64,000 bases of DNA from Puccinia triticina (Eukaryota). Position 1 is the first letter of the stretch. The number at the start of each line of letters is the position of its first letter. Shown here in pieces: positions 63,535 to 64,000 of the stretch. The translations under genes and the position numbers were made by a program. Location of the stretch: the NCBI GenBank assembly GCA_026914245.1, contig CP110439.1, forward strand, positions 186,001 through 250,000, in the 5' to 3' direction. The notes beneath the pieces were generated by a model. The model saw only the letters and a list, made by a program, of their open reading frames with translations, made no database searches and had not been told where the DNA came from.

Positions 63535-64000
63535 GCTCATTCACTCGCTCAAAGCTACTCCCACCCCCTTCCCTTTTTTTTTTTTATCTGCTCTTAGATA
63601 CTTGTATCTCCAATCGACTCTCTCCCCGCTTTTTTTTTCTTGTGTTCTTGGATAACAAATGGGTATTTTCTTTTTCACAAAAACAAACACCGGAAAAAAA
63701 AATCTTGTAAAACTTACGATTCATGATGACCCTAGATGAGTACTTCAAGCCGGCTTCTTTTTATTTCTTTTGTGTCTTGTTTTAACATTTCATTACGTTG
63801 GCCTCTCCAAAGTACACTTACTGTAGCACCAGGTACACACCCCTTTTTTTTGGCCCGTTTTTTTTTTTCTCCCCGACTTTTTTTCTTCTTCCTTCAGCAA
63901 GGTTCTTTCGTTTTTTGTTGTTGTCTTTTTTTATAGAAGCACCAGCAATATCAATAATTATTCAATCGTCTTCCACATCAGATCCCTGAGTCATAGCGTT

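Overview
Eukaryotic, intron-rich and very repeat-rich DNA, most consistent with a rust fungus (Puccinia-like; inferred from the gene and transposon families, not proven). Bases 1-29 kb are a stack of nested transposons: a decayed AcademH-like element (RecQ-like helicase plus a convergent DUF6589-type transposase), many MITEs, a TIR element carrying a captured Mba1/MRPL45-like gene fragment, a two-gene DD34E Tc1/IS630 element, a decayed Mutator-like transposase, and a hAT-type element holding a solo LTR and a gag-only LTR element. A CCDC47-like host gene follows. At 35.8-51.6 kb a Copia element containing two further Copia elements sits inside an exon of a probable secreted-protein gene. The right end holds ordinary host genes: a Cys-rich secreted protein, a CHS4/SKT5-like SEL1-repeat protein, a mitochondrial carrier and a MARVEL-like protein. 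The most notable observation is that three distinct LTR families have a primer-binding site (GATTTACAGTCTCG) that appears complementary to the anticodon arm of spliced tRNA-Tyr. It is in the same register as the known half-tRNAiMet PBS, which a fourth element here uses together with non-canonical TA...TA LTR ends.
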